Shown piece after piece: positions 10,526-20,942 of a DNA stretch of 64,000 bases. A program made the position numbers and the translations under genes. The notes beneath the pieces were generated by a model, which saw nothing but the letters and a program-made list of their open reading frames with translations, was not told where the DNA came from and did not search any database. How positions within the stretch are numbered: the first letter of the stretch is position 1; every line of letters begins with the position of its first letter. Source of the stretch: an uncultured Nitrososphaerales archaeon (GTDB lineage: Archaea; Thermoproteota; Nitrososphaeria; Nitrososphaerales; Nitrososphaeraceae); assembly GCA_963709405.1 (NCBI GenBank), contig CAVPXM010000063.1:160001-224000 (forward strand), in the 5' to 3' direction.

Positions 10526-11515
10526 GTGAAAATTCGTTTTAAGATTCATCTGTTTATAGTACTTTTTCTCTTTTTTCTCTCGAATAGTTTCACTTATGAT
10601 CAATTCATTACTGCGAAGACACCTCCAGACCAGAATCAGAAGCCAGTGCCACTGGACGTAAGGATTGTTTCACCATTGAGAGATCAACATCTTCTTGCAT
10701 CAGATCTAGGTAATATGATTATTACAGGAATGGCCAGCTACAACAATTCGCCAAAGTGTGCAGTGTATGTCAATTTTAATAACGAGAACGTTTTTAGACA
10801 AGCTACCGCAATAGGAACCGAAGGAAGGGCAGATTATTCTATCTGGAAATATACATTGGATCCTCGGCATGATTTAATCAAGGAAGGGATCAATCGGCTG
10901 ACCGCCAAGATATCCTGTCTCGATTCTAACTCCCTTCAGAACTCAATGAACTATACGCAAGATATCAACGTCATAATTCCACCGAAGATGTTCAATTCAG
11001 GCAAATATTTGGCAGTAGGCCCCAACATAGGAGCATTAGCCGCTGTGGCCGCAGATAAGGCGATCTTAAATGGTACTATCGCCAAACCAGAATCTATTAT
11101 TTCTGAAAAAAAATATAACGACGCGCTAGGAATTAATATAGGAGCATTAGCCGCTGTGGCCGCAGATAAGGCAATCATAGATGCCACGATTACTCAATTG
11201 AATGCCTCTGCAATCACAACCCGGATTGCAAAAAGTACTATTCATACTGGAGACAATCAAAGTATTACCATTACGGTTTTCGATAAATTAACGAAGAAGG
11301 CATTACGGGAAGCGAGCGTCGACGGATGGGTATCCGATTCGTCAGGCATTACAACCAGGTTTTTGTCAGGTTTGACTAATGCTTCAGGGGCTCTGACTAG
11401 TTCATGGAACATAGCCAAAGGTACAACTCCAGGTAAAGTTACGATATTTGTAGAGGCCTACCACACAGGGTATCAAAGATCCACAAAGTCTGAATTTTTT
11501 ATTATAAAGTCATAA
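10526..11515 (+). CDS. Secreted hypothetical protein with Ig-like domains and an internal duplication
   Basis: Signal peptide; DYSIWKY...IKEGINRLTAKISC AOA-type domain; beta-rich C-terminal domain; NIGALAAVAADKA occurs twice. Confidence 0.7.
   Translation: MKIRFKIHLFIVLFLFFLSNSFTYDQFITAKTPPDQNQKPVPLDVRIVSPLRDQHLLASDLGNMIITGMASYNNSPKCAVYVNFNNENVFRQATAIGTEGRADYSIWKYTLDPRHDLIKEGINRLTAKISCLDSNSLQNSMNYTQDINVIIPPKMFNSGKYLAVGPNIGALAAVAADKAILNGTIAKPESIISEKKYNDALGINIGALAAVAADKAIIDATITQLNASAITTRIAKSTIHTGDNQSITITVFDKLTKKALREASVDGWVSDSSGITTRFLSGLTNASGALTSSWNIAKGTTPGKVTIFVEAYHTGYQRSTKSEFFIIKS
11027..11172 (+). repeat. 35-bp perfect direct repeat, two copies (11027-11061 and 11138-11172)
   Basis: ATAGGAGCATTAGCCGCTGTGGCCGCAGATAAGGC occurs twice with a 111-bp period. 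Confidence 0.95.
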
Positions 11516-11774
11516 AGTTCAGTGCGAGCAAGTATAAAATAGTGCTCGAATATAAATGATATCGAAATTGTATTTTCTATTTTGTCAGAGGCAAATCTCG
11601 ATTAAAACAGATTGTAGAATATCATGACAAATAGAGTAAAAGACCTTCACTAATATTGCAGACGATTAATTCACATCAGTGACTAACAAATAGATACCAA
11701 CCGTGAACCTGAATAACCTAACATCTTGTACCCTTCAACTACATCCCAAAACAAATAGTAAATTCGTTCAAGCG

Positions 11775-13702
11775 CTACATGGATGACATTGCAGTTATTC
11801 CTAATAGTTGGAAGACATTTTTCATCGTGATGTCAAATGATTTAATCAAAGCCAATCTTAAGATAGCCTTTTCTTTGTTTGGTTCCCGCAGAACAGGAAC
11901 CTGTTCATAAAAATAATTGAATTTTACTGATAACCTGTAAGCATATCTAGCAACTACTTTTGGGTTTAAATTTTTCGTAGCATCCTCCAAAATGAGGTCA
12001 AATTTCGCAATCTCTTTCATTAATGAAATTTCTGAATCTTCGGACAATAATGCAAAATTAATTTTCAATAATGCCACATTAGATTTTTCCAAAATTCTTT
12101 GAGATCTCGCATAAGCGTACTGCAAGTAAGGGCCTGTATCGCCTTCAAGGCTTAATGACTCAGTGATATCGAAGGTAATCATTTTGTCCAAATCTTGCTT
12201 TATAAGATTGTATCTCAGAGCCGATATTGCAATGTCTTCAGCACCCTGGTGTGCTGAAAATTCCTCGGAACTATTGCGTCGCTTTTTTATCTCTGCTAAC
12301 GCCTTACGCTGCAAAATGTCAAGAACATAATCTGCGTTCACATAGATGCCTTTTCTGCCTGACATATGAGCAAAGTTCTTTTGTCCTATATCTAATCCAA
12401 TTATCTGAGCAGTATTAGAACTCAAGGTAACTGGTTCATACCCCAGGTGACGATACTCCCTAGTGTCTTTTTCTTGTATCTTAGCTATAACATATGACAC
12501 TAACGTCTGCAATTTTGATTGTCTGGAATCAATTATGGTAACCGCTAGCTCAGCTGAATTAAATTTAGGATGATCCGTTGAATCACAAATTGGGTCAAGT
12601 GACGTGGCCCAGATGACTGAACCATCCCATTGTTTACCATATTTGTAGTAACCGGAATAATCAGGAATCAAGCCTAATTTCCATAAAGCATACGGAATAT
12701 CCTTAGCTATGTAAGTTGCAGTTCCGTCGCTCCGGACAACAACCTTGTCATCAGTAAAGTCGGTTTTTATCACCCAACAATCCTTATTTTTCCCTTCGGT
12801 TTCTAAAACTATGACGGCTTTATTCTTCAGAATCTCAAAGGTCGTACTCCATTGCCTAGAGCCGACAATGTGAGATTCAAAACTCAATAAATCATAGCGA
12901 GCTTTTAACCTCCAACATGTTTTGAGTTGGTCGGCCAAGACCCTCTGACTAATTTCCGCTGCAAATTTTGCAATGTCTGACTTTCCTATTTCCATTTCTT
13001 TTAAAACATATCTTCTTTTTTCTTCTAAGCTTCTGATCTACTGCGTATAATTCGTTTATTTTTATATAAACCTCATCACCACAGTATCTATCAAACTTTA
13101 AACCTAGGGTGGGATTCATAGAAAAGCCAGCAAAAAGGAATCCAACAACAAGATCAGCCACTTGTAACCCAGAATCATCGATGTAGTTTAGCACAACTGG
13201 TTTGTAATTGGTCGCCTGCAATATTCTGTACAAAGTATCTCCAATTACAAGGTTCCGTACATGTCCTATGTGCAAAGCCTTGTTAGGATTTACGCTAGTA
13301 TGTTCTATAATCACTGGCTTTCCTTTCCCAATATCAGGATGTCCATAGGCCGGATTTTTCAGGATTTCACTTACGGCAGATGTGGCCAAGGTTGGCAGCA
13401 TTTATTTTAAAGTTGATATAGCCTGCAATATGCGGATTTGCAGATTCTATTAAGGATAAGCGTCCCCTCCTCTTGCAATCTTCCAAATAAGGAATAATAT
13501 GGCTAACAACAAAATTTTCTGCAATTACGCTTGGTTTTTGACCGGTAATTTTCCCTATTAGAAAAGCGACGTTCGTTGTCATGTCTCCGAATTCTGTTCT
13601 TGATGGCTGTGTTATGTCATAATTAAGCTCATGAATGCCTAAAATCTTAAGACCGTCAGAAATCATATTGCGTACCTCTTCGATGGCTATCTTAAACGTC
13701 AT
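11775..13702 (-). CDS. argS: Arginine--tRNA ligase, broken by two frameshifts (near 13399 and 13030)
   Basis: Three overlapping ORFs: FGD...GYINF; EHTSVNPNKALHIGHVRN; MSGRKG, GDTGPYLQYAYAR, DALR domain. Confidence 0.95.
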
Positions 13703-14408
13703 TATTCGACTTCAATCCTAAATACTCGTGAGTTATTAGATTTAATGCCTGAATTAGCCCTCTTCCCTGCCTACCACTGACCACGCACTTGGCGACAGCC
13801 TTTACGTTGTCGGCTGCTTGTCCTAACGCAACACTCAATCCACATATATAGAATAGTGGAATATCTGTTTCACTATCTCCAATCGCTACTGTTTCTTCAG
13901 GCTTGCCTCCCAAAACGCGCAAAGCCTCCAAAAGTCCAGTGCCTTTGTCTATGCCCTTTTCATTAATATGATAAGCGTACATGCTGTCGTTCAAACTCAA
14001 ATTTAGATTATGCTTGTCTAATATCATTTGACCTTGTTCTAGATCAAATGTTCTGTATAACACAACCTCTGTGTGTCGATAAAATACTGGCTTAATCTTC
14101 ACGTCTTTAAGGTTTCGACGCAACACCTCATATCCATTCTCACAAGCGGCCTTTTTTGCCAATAATATACGTTGATGCGGAGCAAGCATTACCACCCCTC
14201 CATTTTCTCCGACAGATAGTTTTGTCGTTCCACCAAAGTTTGCCAGGACATATGCCTCTTCGGATGACCTCCCGGTAACATAAATAATTTTATACCCAAG
14301 ATTTTCTAGATATCGTAAAGAGGCAAGTGCAGGTAAGTAAACGATTCCTCCTCCATTCTCTGTTAGAGTACCATCAATATCAATCGCGAAATATCTAATC
14401 AAAACCAA
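13692..14408 (-). CDS. HAD phosphatase (archaeal phosphoglycolate phosphatase type)
   Basis: DIDGTLT, VTGR, ENGG, DKG, AIGDSETD motifs. Confidence 0.9.
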   Translation of the reverse strand: MVLIRYFAIDIDGTLTENGGGIVYLPALASLRYLENLGYKIIYVTGRSSEEAYVLANFGGTTKLSVGENGGVVMLAPHQRILLAKKAACENGYEVLRRNLKDVKIKPVFYRHTEVVLYRTFDLEQGQMILDKHNLNLSLNDSMYAYHINEKGIDKGTGLLEALRVLGGKPEETVAIGDSETDIPLFYICGLSVALGQAADNVKAVAKCVVSGRQGRGLIQALNLITHEYLGLKSNNDV

Positions 14409-14615
14409 GCAATATGAGTAGACTTGTCTTTTGGGATATAAGTAGTATTATTGATACAATTGAGCATTTAAACACATAATAAATCGTGACACATTATATA
14501 TTCATCTATAAAACCCCATTTCTCAATTCCAGTAGCGGCCAGGGAACGATCGGCGTTTAGCACAGGAACAGTATTTCTTTGGAGTGATAGTCACTCCATT
14601 AATTTTAAGGTTAAA

Positions 14616-14987
14616 CTATGTCGCTGTAACTTCCAGTTTGCGTTCCAAATTTTTAGTCTTAAAATCAATAGAGGACCGTAATGGGAATCGCTTCATACTC
14701 ACTGATTTTTGTTTACTCGTTCTCAATTTTATCTTAAATCCATATTGACCATTATTACTCCACTTATCAATTTCTGTAATATTACCCATACCTACGACCC
14801 GTTCGCCACCATCAGTGACGACAGTGAAATGAGTCGTATCTCCAGATTTAATTGAGTTAAGATTTTCATAGAAATGATGCCAATCAAGTGGATTTTTTAT
14901 CAATGCTTCAACTGTTACTATATCACCTACACTTATACTGCTTATGTATGAATCTAGGATTTCTAAGTAGCCGATTCGAACATACAT
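14616..14987 (-). CDS. Hypothetical protein
   Basis: 123-aa ATG ORF with TATA-like element upstream; no recognised motif. Confidence 0.6.
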   Translation of the reverse strand: MYVRIGYLEILDSYISSISVGDIVTVEALIKNPLDWHHFYENLNSIKSGDTTHFTVVTDGGERVVGMGNITEIDKWSNNGQYGFKIKLRTSKQKSVSMKRFPLRSSIDFKTKNLERKLEVTAT

Positions 14988-15133
14988 AACAGTATAATGG
15001 CAGCTATAAATATATAGCTTTTGAAGTACGATTCGTATTAATATTAAATACTTTAGGTGGATATGATATTTTATATATATCTTTTGATTAATTACTATGA
15101 GAAATTTGGAACATGGTAATTAGTCCGGTCATT

Positions 15134-15165
15134 ATTTAAATATACTTGGGAATTTAAATATACTT
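15134..15165 (+). promoter_or_regulatory. Duplicated TATA-box element upstream of tRNA-Arg
   Basis: ATTTAAATATACTT twice (15134-15147, 15152-15165); the second TTTAAATA lies about 25 nt before the tRNA. Confidence 0.6.
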
Positions 15166-15182
15166 ACGTGCATCTATATCGT

Positions 15183-15270
15183 GGGTCCGTGACCCAGTCA
15201 GGAGAGGGTGCTGAAGATATGCATTAGCCTCCGAAGCCAGCCTGCACGGGATCGAAGCCCGTCGGACCCG
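15183..15270 (+). tRNA. tRNA-Arg(CCG) with 13-nt intron at position 29/30 (15214-15226)
   Basis: Acceptor GGGTCCG/CGGACCC; removing AAGATATGCATTA gives anticodon arm CTGGC-CTCCGAA-GCCAG; T arm ACGGG-ATCGAAG-CCCGT; the BHB motif GTGC/GCAT predicts both cut sites. Confidence 0.92.
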
Positions 15271-15387
15271 ATTTCTTTTGCTAGTCACATTTACGACGCC
15301 TTGCTTAGTAATATATCCATTCCTAGAGAATCATACAAGCTAACTATGATGAAACAGATCTAGCGCATCCATTCACAACTTACAAAA

Positions 15388-15816
15388 ATGCGCAACTTTA
15401 TATACGAGGTCAAAACTCAATTATATGATTTGTCAATTGATGTTCTCACCTTGAATGATCATGATAATTCTTTGTTGAACAGAAGAGAAATTAGCGTTAT
15501 ATTTAGTAATGCAGCAGGAAAGATAAAAAGAATAGAAGCTGCACAATTGGTAGCAAATAAGAACAATGTGGATCCCAAGAATGTGATTCCCATTTCTATG
15601 AATGGACAGAAAGGCAAAACTGATCTGCATGGCACGTTCTATATTTATAATAGTCTAGAGCAAGCGAAGTCTCAGCTTCCTCGATATAGGATTCTGAGAA
15701 CGCTGCCTAAAGATGAGAGAAAAAAAATAATCGACGAAGAGAAAGCTGCGCGATTGAAAGCTAAGCAAGCTCTAGCGAAGGGATCAAAGAGCGCTTCAGG
15801 TAAGGGGAAGAAATAA
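15388..15816 (+). CDS. rps24e: 30S ribosomal protein S24e (true start probably TTG 15430)
   Basis: NSLLNRREI motif, basic C-terminus, adjacent to S27ae. Confidence 0.88.
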   Translation: MRNFIYEVKTQLYDLSIDVLTLNDHDNSLLNRREISVIFSNAAGKIKRIEAAQLVANKNNVDPKNVIPISMNGQKGKTDLHGTFYIYNSLEQAKSQLPRYRILRTLPKDERKKIIDEEKAARLKAKQALAKGSKSASGKGKK

Positions 15817-16035
15817 TTGGCTAAAAAAGCTAAGTCTGCGGCCGGTGGCGAGGTATCCATATACAAGTTCTATAAGATGCAAGGCGATAAACTTACCCGG
15901 AATAAGCGGGAATGCCCAAGATGTGGAAAGGGCGTATTTATGGCGGAGCATAAGGATAGAAATACATGTGGTAAATGTGGATTTACTGAATTTAGGCGAA
16001 ATGACGAGTCCAGTAAGGATAGCAAGAAAAACTAG
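15817..16035 (+). CDS. rps27ae: 30S ribosomal protein S27ae
   Basis: ECPRCGKGVFMAEHKDRNTCGKCG zinc ribbon. Confidence 0.96.
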   Translation: MAKKAKSAAGGEVSIYKFYKMQGDKLTRNKRECPRCGKGVFMAEHKDRNTCGKCGFTEFRRNDESSKDSKKN

Positions 16036-16044
16036 GCGCATGGT

Positions 16045-17709
16045 TTATGCTCCTAATTCATGACTGATAATTTGTCCAATCGACCGAGTAATTGTAGGAT
16101 ATAGGTATTCAATGTATCGCTCAGATCTAGCAAGATCTTGGAGCCTCTCGCTGTTTGCCTTTTTTTTATAACCCCTGAAGAATACTCTAGCCATTTTTTT
16201 TGCCAGATCGGTGTTCGATGTCTTGCCGATAGTGTAAGCAAAAAACCGAATTGTATCCCAATTCGGATCACCTGTGTCAAATTTAAAATCGTTTAAGCCG
16301 GTAAAATAAATATGTTTATTAGTTATAATAATATCTTGAGGTCGCAAATCTCCCAAAGTTGATTGTTTGCAATGGATCATGGCGATTTGTTCTCCGAAAG
16401 TCCCTAGCCAATCTAACGAACTTTCGCGTCTCCCTACGAGTAAATCATTTGCCAGTATCTTCATTGTTACTCCTTCGATATGTTGAGTTATCAGCAGCCT
16501 TTTTCCGATGACCAGAGCTTCAACCAATGGAGTCTTCAATCCAATGGAGCGCAGATATCTCAATGCTTTGTACTCAGTCGCAAGTCTGAAAAGCGGAGAT
16601 GATTTGAATTTTTTTTGTGAATTCAACCACGAACCGAAGCTTGATTTTTCCCAATAACTTGATTCAGCTAGATTCTTAACTACTACCGACTTTTGGTTTT
16701 TCTTATCTGCATCTACGATGGTGTATTTCCATACACCACTATTTACTTTTCCTAGTCTTTGCTTAAAAGCGATTTGAAACATCTCAAAACCTGCATATTC
16801 AGCGTATTTTTGTAGCCAATTCGTGCCACTGAATATCAACTTACCTTCTGGTAGTTTCCAATACACTTCCTCCGGGCTTGTAATAAATCTAGGAATTATA
16901 ACGGAACATCTTCTTTGCCTTCTAATTTTTGACCGGGTTTCTGTTACCATGTAATGCAGTATTTTCCTTCCTGCGTAAACATGAATCGCATATGAACTTA
17001 GTTCATGTAATTTTTTTTCTAGCCGTAGGCATACGTTTCCACCGGAATTGCTCGTACGGTAGTGTAGGCCAGCTAGGCGTAGCAAATTCTTATTGATAGT
17101 AACACTTGCTAATGGTTTGTCATCAGACGTAATCTCTCGAAACGCTGATTCATAGCCCCTAAGAGCAATCTTAGTATTCGGGCCAGCATTATTCCCCATA
17201 TATGTTTGGTAAAAGCTATAAACTGCGTTCGGGTACAATGTACACCTGCTCCTTATTTTTGAAAACATTATGTACTCCAATGGAAACGAAATTTCAGTAC
17301 AGAGCATAGACAAGGACCTTGCTATATCGCTTATTTGTTCGATAATAACTCGTTTCTTATAGAATTTCTCAAGCCTTTCAAAAAGCGCAGGATTTATGAT
17401 TGGATTATACACATGTAATAAACGCCCAATTACAAACTCACCAAGGAACGCGGCCTTTGCATCTTTTTCGATCGATAGAAGATCAACTATCAAGGCAGAA
17501 ATTCTAATGCCTTGTCTTTTCATGTATAGATATTTTACAACATGAGAGTAATTATCAAGTACGACTATAACATCATAATCACTATCTGTCCTAGCGTAAC
17601 CAGCAGCCCTTGAACCGTATAAGCAAACTCCTGCTATGTCTTTACCTTTAGTTATCTGACTAACACACTCATTTATTGCCTTTAATTCATTATTATGGAT
17701 GCTAGACAT
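16045..17709 (-). CDS. Nucleotidyltransferase (Pol-beta/MNT) domain fused to a C-terminal protein-kinase-like domain
   Basis: N-terminal LYGSRAAGYARTDSDYDVIVV; C-terminal VVVK...EYKALRYL...GLKTP...IH....LGDLRPQDIII resembles the APH/RIO/Bud32 fold. Confidence 0.8.
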   Translation of the reverse strand: MSSIHNNELKAINECVSQITKGKDIAGVCLYGSRAAGYARTDSDYDVIVVLDNYSHVVKYLYMKRQGIRISALIVDLLSIEKDAKAAFLGEFVIGRLLHVYNPIINPALFERLEKFYKKRVIIEQISDIARSLSMLCTEISFPLEYIMFSKIRSRCTLYPNAVYSFYQTYMGNNAGPNTKIALRGYESAFREITSDDKPLASVTINKNLLRLAGLHYRTSNSGGNVCLRLEKKLHELSSYAIHVYAGRKILHYMVTETRSKIRRQRRCSVIIPRFITSPEEVYWKLPEGKLIFSGTNWLQKYAEYAGFEMFQIAFKQRLGKVNSGVWKYTIVDADKKNQKSVVVKNLAESSYWEKSSFGSWLNSQKKFKSSPLFRLATEYKALRYLRSIGLKTPLVEALVIGKRLLITQHIEGVTMKILANDLLVGRRESSLDWLGTFGEQIAMIHCKQSTLGDLRPQDIIITNKHIYFTGLNDFKFDTGDPNWDTIRFFAYTIGKTSNTDLAKKMARVFFRGYKKKANSERLQDLARSERYIEYLYPTITRSIGQIISHELGA

Positions 17710-18415
17710 ACTTACGAATTCTTCCGCCGTTAAACTTTTCGCTTTCGAATTCGTATATCTTTTCTTTCAGTGCCGGGTCTATTTGAAGCGATGCAATCTT
17801 ATCTATTGGCAATCTAATCACGTTTGATTCCACTGGTATCCTGGTTACTGGAAGTCCCTTGTACATCCATTCTTTTAAGACTCTATCCTCCAGTCGATTG
17901 TCCTTGAAACCTACTGGAAATTTACGTAGGATATGACGTATTAAAGTAGGATCGCTTTGAAATACTACTTTTTCCTGCAAAAGTCGGGTGTGATCTGCAT
18001 ATTTTTGCTCAAACAACGAACGTGAGATCTCATCAGAGAGGATTTCCATCTTGATTATCTTACTCATCAATTGGAGGTAATGGATAAACTCGTGTGCCAA
18101 AATTGCATGTATGGTACCAAGGAGACCGTATATGACCAAGGGAGCAGTTACTTGGATCACAATAGTTAGGTGATTATCAAGAACTATTGGAATTGTTCTC
18201 GCGAAAAAAATCCCAAATTGCCCCGTCTCCGTCTCCGAAGTTGAGACCACGAGGTTTGGTTCAACGTAGTAAAGTGGGTATTTTATCCCAGTTGCTCTTT
18301 CTACGCGTAGAATTCCTTGAGTTACGAGATGAAATCGGTCATTTATAAGCTTGTAAACCCTTGTGGGGAGCAGGCCCGAGTCCGTTGTATTTCGTACTTT
18401 TTTTAACGGGTCCAA
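17702..18415 (-). CDS. Conserved hypothetical protein with HExxH zinc-metallopeptidase-like motif
   Basis: AILAHEFIHYL; overlaps the downstream gene by 8 nt. Confidence 0.75.
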   Translation of the reverse strand: MDPLKKVRNTTDSGLLPTRVYKLINDRFHLVTQGILRVERATGIKYPLYYVEPNLVVSTSETETGQFGIFFARTIPIVLDNHLTIVIQVTAPLVIYGLLGTIHAILAHEFIHYLQLMSKIIKMEILSDEISRSLFEQKYADHTRLLQEKVVFQSDPTLIRHILRKFPVGFKDNRLEDRVLKEWMYKGLPVTRIPVESNVIRLPIDKIASLQIDPALKEKIYEFESEKFNGGRIRKYV

Positions 18416-18452
18416 TACCGGTCAGTCATTATAGTGATTAAGCTAAAAAACG

Positions 18453-19577
18453 TTACTGAACGACTACGTCCAATATGTCAAAGTACACACAATCACAGTT
18501 GGTGCCAACAAGCATTGAAACATTAGGATTCGCATATTCCATACCACCGACGAACTGTTTAATTGATAATCCACTATCCGCATCAATGGTCAGATAAAAC
18601 TGGTTGTTATCAACCCTATTCACCATAACAGAGTAAATTTTTTTTTCACTTAAGCTAAACTTACTTTTCAGTTTCACAGTAGTCCCTGCCAATGAATCCA
18701 ATTGTTTCAGATCGGGCTCCAATCGCGATTCTGGACATCGTATCAAAATTTTTGTAATTGTTCTAGATCTCAACGGTGATCTAGTAAAACCTGCGCTAAG
18801 AAAATCAAGCTGGGCACTAACGTGATGCTCTTGAACAGTTATAGTATTGTTTGGAAAAGTTCTTTTTTTAGGATTTAGAACTTCTACATAAAAGGGTCTA
18901 CCTCTACCCAACACAAGGCTATTTTTATCTTCGCTCCCTAACCAACTAAACCGAACTCCACTACATTCGGTAGCAGCGATAACTTTATCAGAAATAATTG
19001 CTTCGACGCTCCTAACACTTGAATTATTAGCTATATTTGGCCGATTGTCAGCCAGATTTGAAATATTCTGAGGCTTAGGTTCTCTTTGAGATATGCCTCT
19101 TTGATTTTTTGTATATCTTCCTGCGGCTATCATAGATCTAGCCCTTGTTGAGATGGTGTGACCTTTATTCCAGAAAATATTCAGAGTGATCATAAGATCT
19201 GGTTTCTCAAATACCTCTTTTGCGCTAGTAAGTCTTTGAAATTTCTCTCTGACCTCACTTGTTATATGACTTTTTATACTTATCTTACCTCGAATTCTAT
19301 ACTTAGAGCGTACCTCGTCTTCCTTCTCGATGAATTGAGTGGCCAGTGAGGTTCCTATCAAGAAAGTATCAAATTCATATTGGCCATCTAACGTCGAGTG
19401 AATTTCCTGCGCCATGACACCTAGCTTATCCATGATTCCTTGGCATATATAACAGATAGATGATGCAGATAATGTTCCCTTCCGAGGTAACCCTTGTCTA
19501 GATCTGCATGCCTTACACAGATGGAAAGAGTTTTCAAAATTTCGTTTCAAGGATCTTCGTTCAGCATGATCAACCAA
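18453..19577 (-). CDS. pus10: tRNA pseudouridine synthase Pus10 (divergent)
   Basis: CxxC...CYICQG zinc site, FDTFLIG, GRYTK..RGISQ, GSEDKNSLVLGRGRPF, GLSIKQFVGG. Confidence 0.85.
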   Translation of the reverse strand: MVDHAERRSLKRNFENSFHLCKACRSRQGLPRKGTLSASSICYICQGIMDKLGVMAQEIHSTLDGQYEFDTFLIGTSLATQFIEKEDEVRSKYRIRGKISIKSHITSEVREKFQRLTSAKEVFEKPDLMITLNIFWNKGHTISTRARSMIAAGRYTKNQRGISQREPKPQNISNLADNRPNIANNSSVRSVEAIISDKVIAATECSGVRFSWLGSEDKNSLVLGRGRPFYVEVLNPKKRTFPNNTITVQEHHVSAQLDFLSAGFTRSPLRSRTITKILIRCPESRLEPDLKQLDSLAGTTVKLKSKFSLSEKKIYSVMVNRVDNNQFYLTIDADSGLSIKQFVGGMEYANPNVSMLVGTNCDCVYFDILDVVVQ

Positions 19578-20937
19578 TACCTAATCTTCGTAGCATTCCT
19601 TGCATTTGTCTGCCTTTTGCTTGCTTCATCATAGATTTAGAATTGTGATATTGTTTAATCAGATCCTTAACATCATGTTCTGTCAAACCCGATCCTCTAG
19701 CTATTCGCTTCCTCCTGGAATCATTTACGATTTCGGGATTCGTCTTTTCATTCCTTGTCATAGACTGTATTATAACCCTCCATTTTTCTAGTTTCCCTTG
19801 AATAGCATCCAGATGATCTTCTTTCACCATACCTGAAAGTCCTGGCAGATTATCGATTACATTTCTGAACCCCATCTTACCGACATTCTCCATTTGAGCA
19901 TAAAAGTCTTCGATTGTCATTTTTCCGCTAAGTAGCCTCTTTGCCTGATTTTCGTCACCCTGCAATTCCAACCCCTTTGCCATATCAAGAATGGCCTTTA
20001 TATCGCCCATCCCTAGCAGTCTTCCTACAAATCTAGTGGGTGAAAATTGTTCTAAATCGTCGATGCGCTCGCCAGTTCCTATGAACATCACTCTGGCACC
20101 GGTTGCAGCCGAAGCTGCAATTACGCCTCCTCCCTTTGCTGTTCCATCCAATTTAGTTATTACTATACCACCGACCGGCGCGGTATCGTGAAATACTTTT
20201 GATTGGTTATAGGCTTGCTGCCCAATAGTTCCGTCAATAACTAACAGAACGAGATCTGGTTTGGAGATGCCATACATTGATTTCATCTCTTCGAGTAAGC
20301 CGCTTTCATCTTTGTGTCTACCTGCAGTGTCGATCAGTATCACATCAAGATTTTCAGGCAGGAAATGTTTTAACCCATCCCTTACAATTCCAACTGCATC
20401 TTTATTGGTTTCCTCACCATATACTTCTACATCTATTCTGCTACAGTTCATTTTTAGCTGCGTCAAAGCACCTGGCCTCCAGGTGTCTGCCCCTATTACT
20501 CCAACACGGTATCCTTGCTTCGTCAGCCATCTAGCAAGCTTTGAGGTCACAGTTGTTTTTCCACTACCCTGAATTCCTAGCATGAGGATTATATTCTGCT
20601 TTCCAGGACGTAACGGCAAGGTATCGGCCACTATTTCTGCTGACTTATCAATATTTTTGATAGTTTCGCCGCTATATCCTAAGAGTCTGGAAAGTTCTCC
20701 ATATAAAATTGTAATAATATGATCTTTTCTTGCTAAACCTTTGGGAGGCTGTTCGTTTAGGGCGCGATCTTTTAAGTTCTTAGTAATCGAAATAACTAAC
20801 TTGACGTTCACATCAGATTGTAAGAGCGCTCGCTGGACATCTTTACATAGAGAATCTATTAACTCTTCATTGATGTCTGATGCACCTACGACCTTCTTCA
20901 GCGCATTTCTTAAGCCAGTACGCAGATTGTCAAACAT
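19570..20937 (-). CDS. srp54: Signal recognition particle protein Srp54
   Basis: GIQGSGKTT, DTAGRH, TKLDGTAKGGG, RLLGMGD, M-domain SRRKRIARGSG. Confidence 0.97.
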   Translation of the reverse strand: MFDNLRTGLRNALKKVVGASDINEELIDSLCKDVQRALLQSDVNVKLVISITKNLKDRALNEQPPKGLARKDHIITILYGELSRLLGYSGETIKNIDKSAEIVADTLPLRPGKQNIILMLGIQGSGKTTVTSKLARWLTKQGYRVGVIGADTWRPGALTQLKMNCSRIDVEVYGEETNKDAVGIVRDGLKHFLPENLDVILIDTAGRHKDESGLLEEMKSMYGISKPDLVLLVIDGTIGQQAYNQSKVFHDTAPVGGIVITKLDGTAKGGGVIAASAATGARVMFIGTGERIDDLEQFSPTRFVGRLLGMGDIKAILDMAKGLELQGDENQAKRLLSGKMTIEDFYAQMENVGKMGFRNVIDNLPGLSGMVKEDHLDAIQGKLEKWRVIIQSMTRNEKTNPEIVNDSRRKRIARGSGLTEHDVKDLIKQYHNSKSMMKQAKGRQMQGMLRRLGIG

Positions 20938-20942
20938 TTAAT

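Noticed and set aside
14580-14598. Hairpin TGGAGTGA-TAG-TCACTCCA after the 14616-14987 gene
   Set aside because: Could be a terminator-like element, but archaeal termination does not need hairpins and nothing else supports it.
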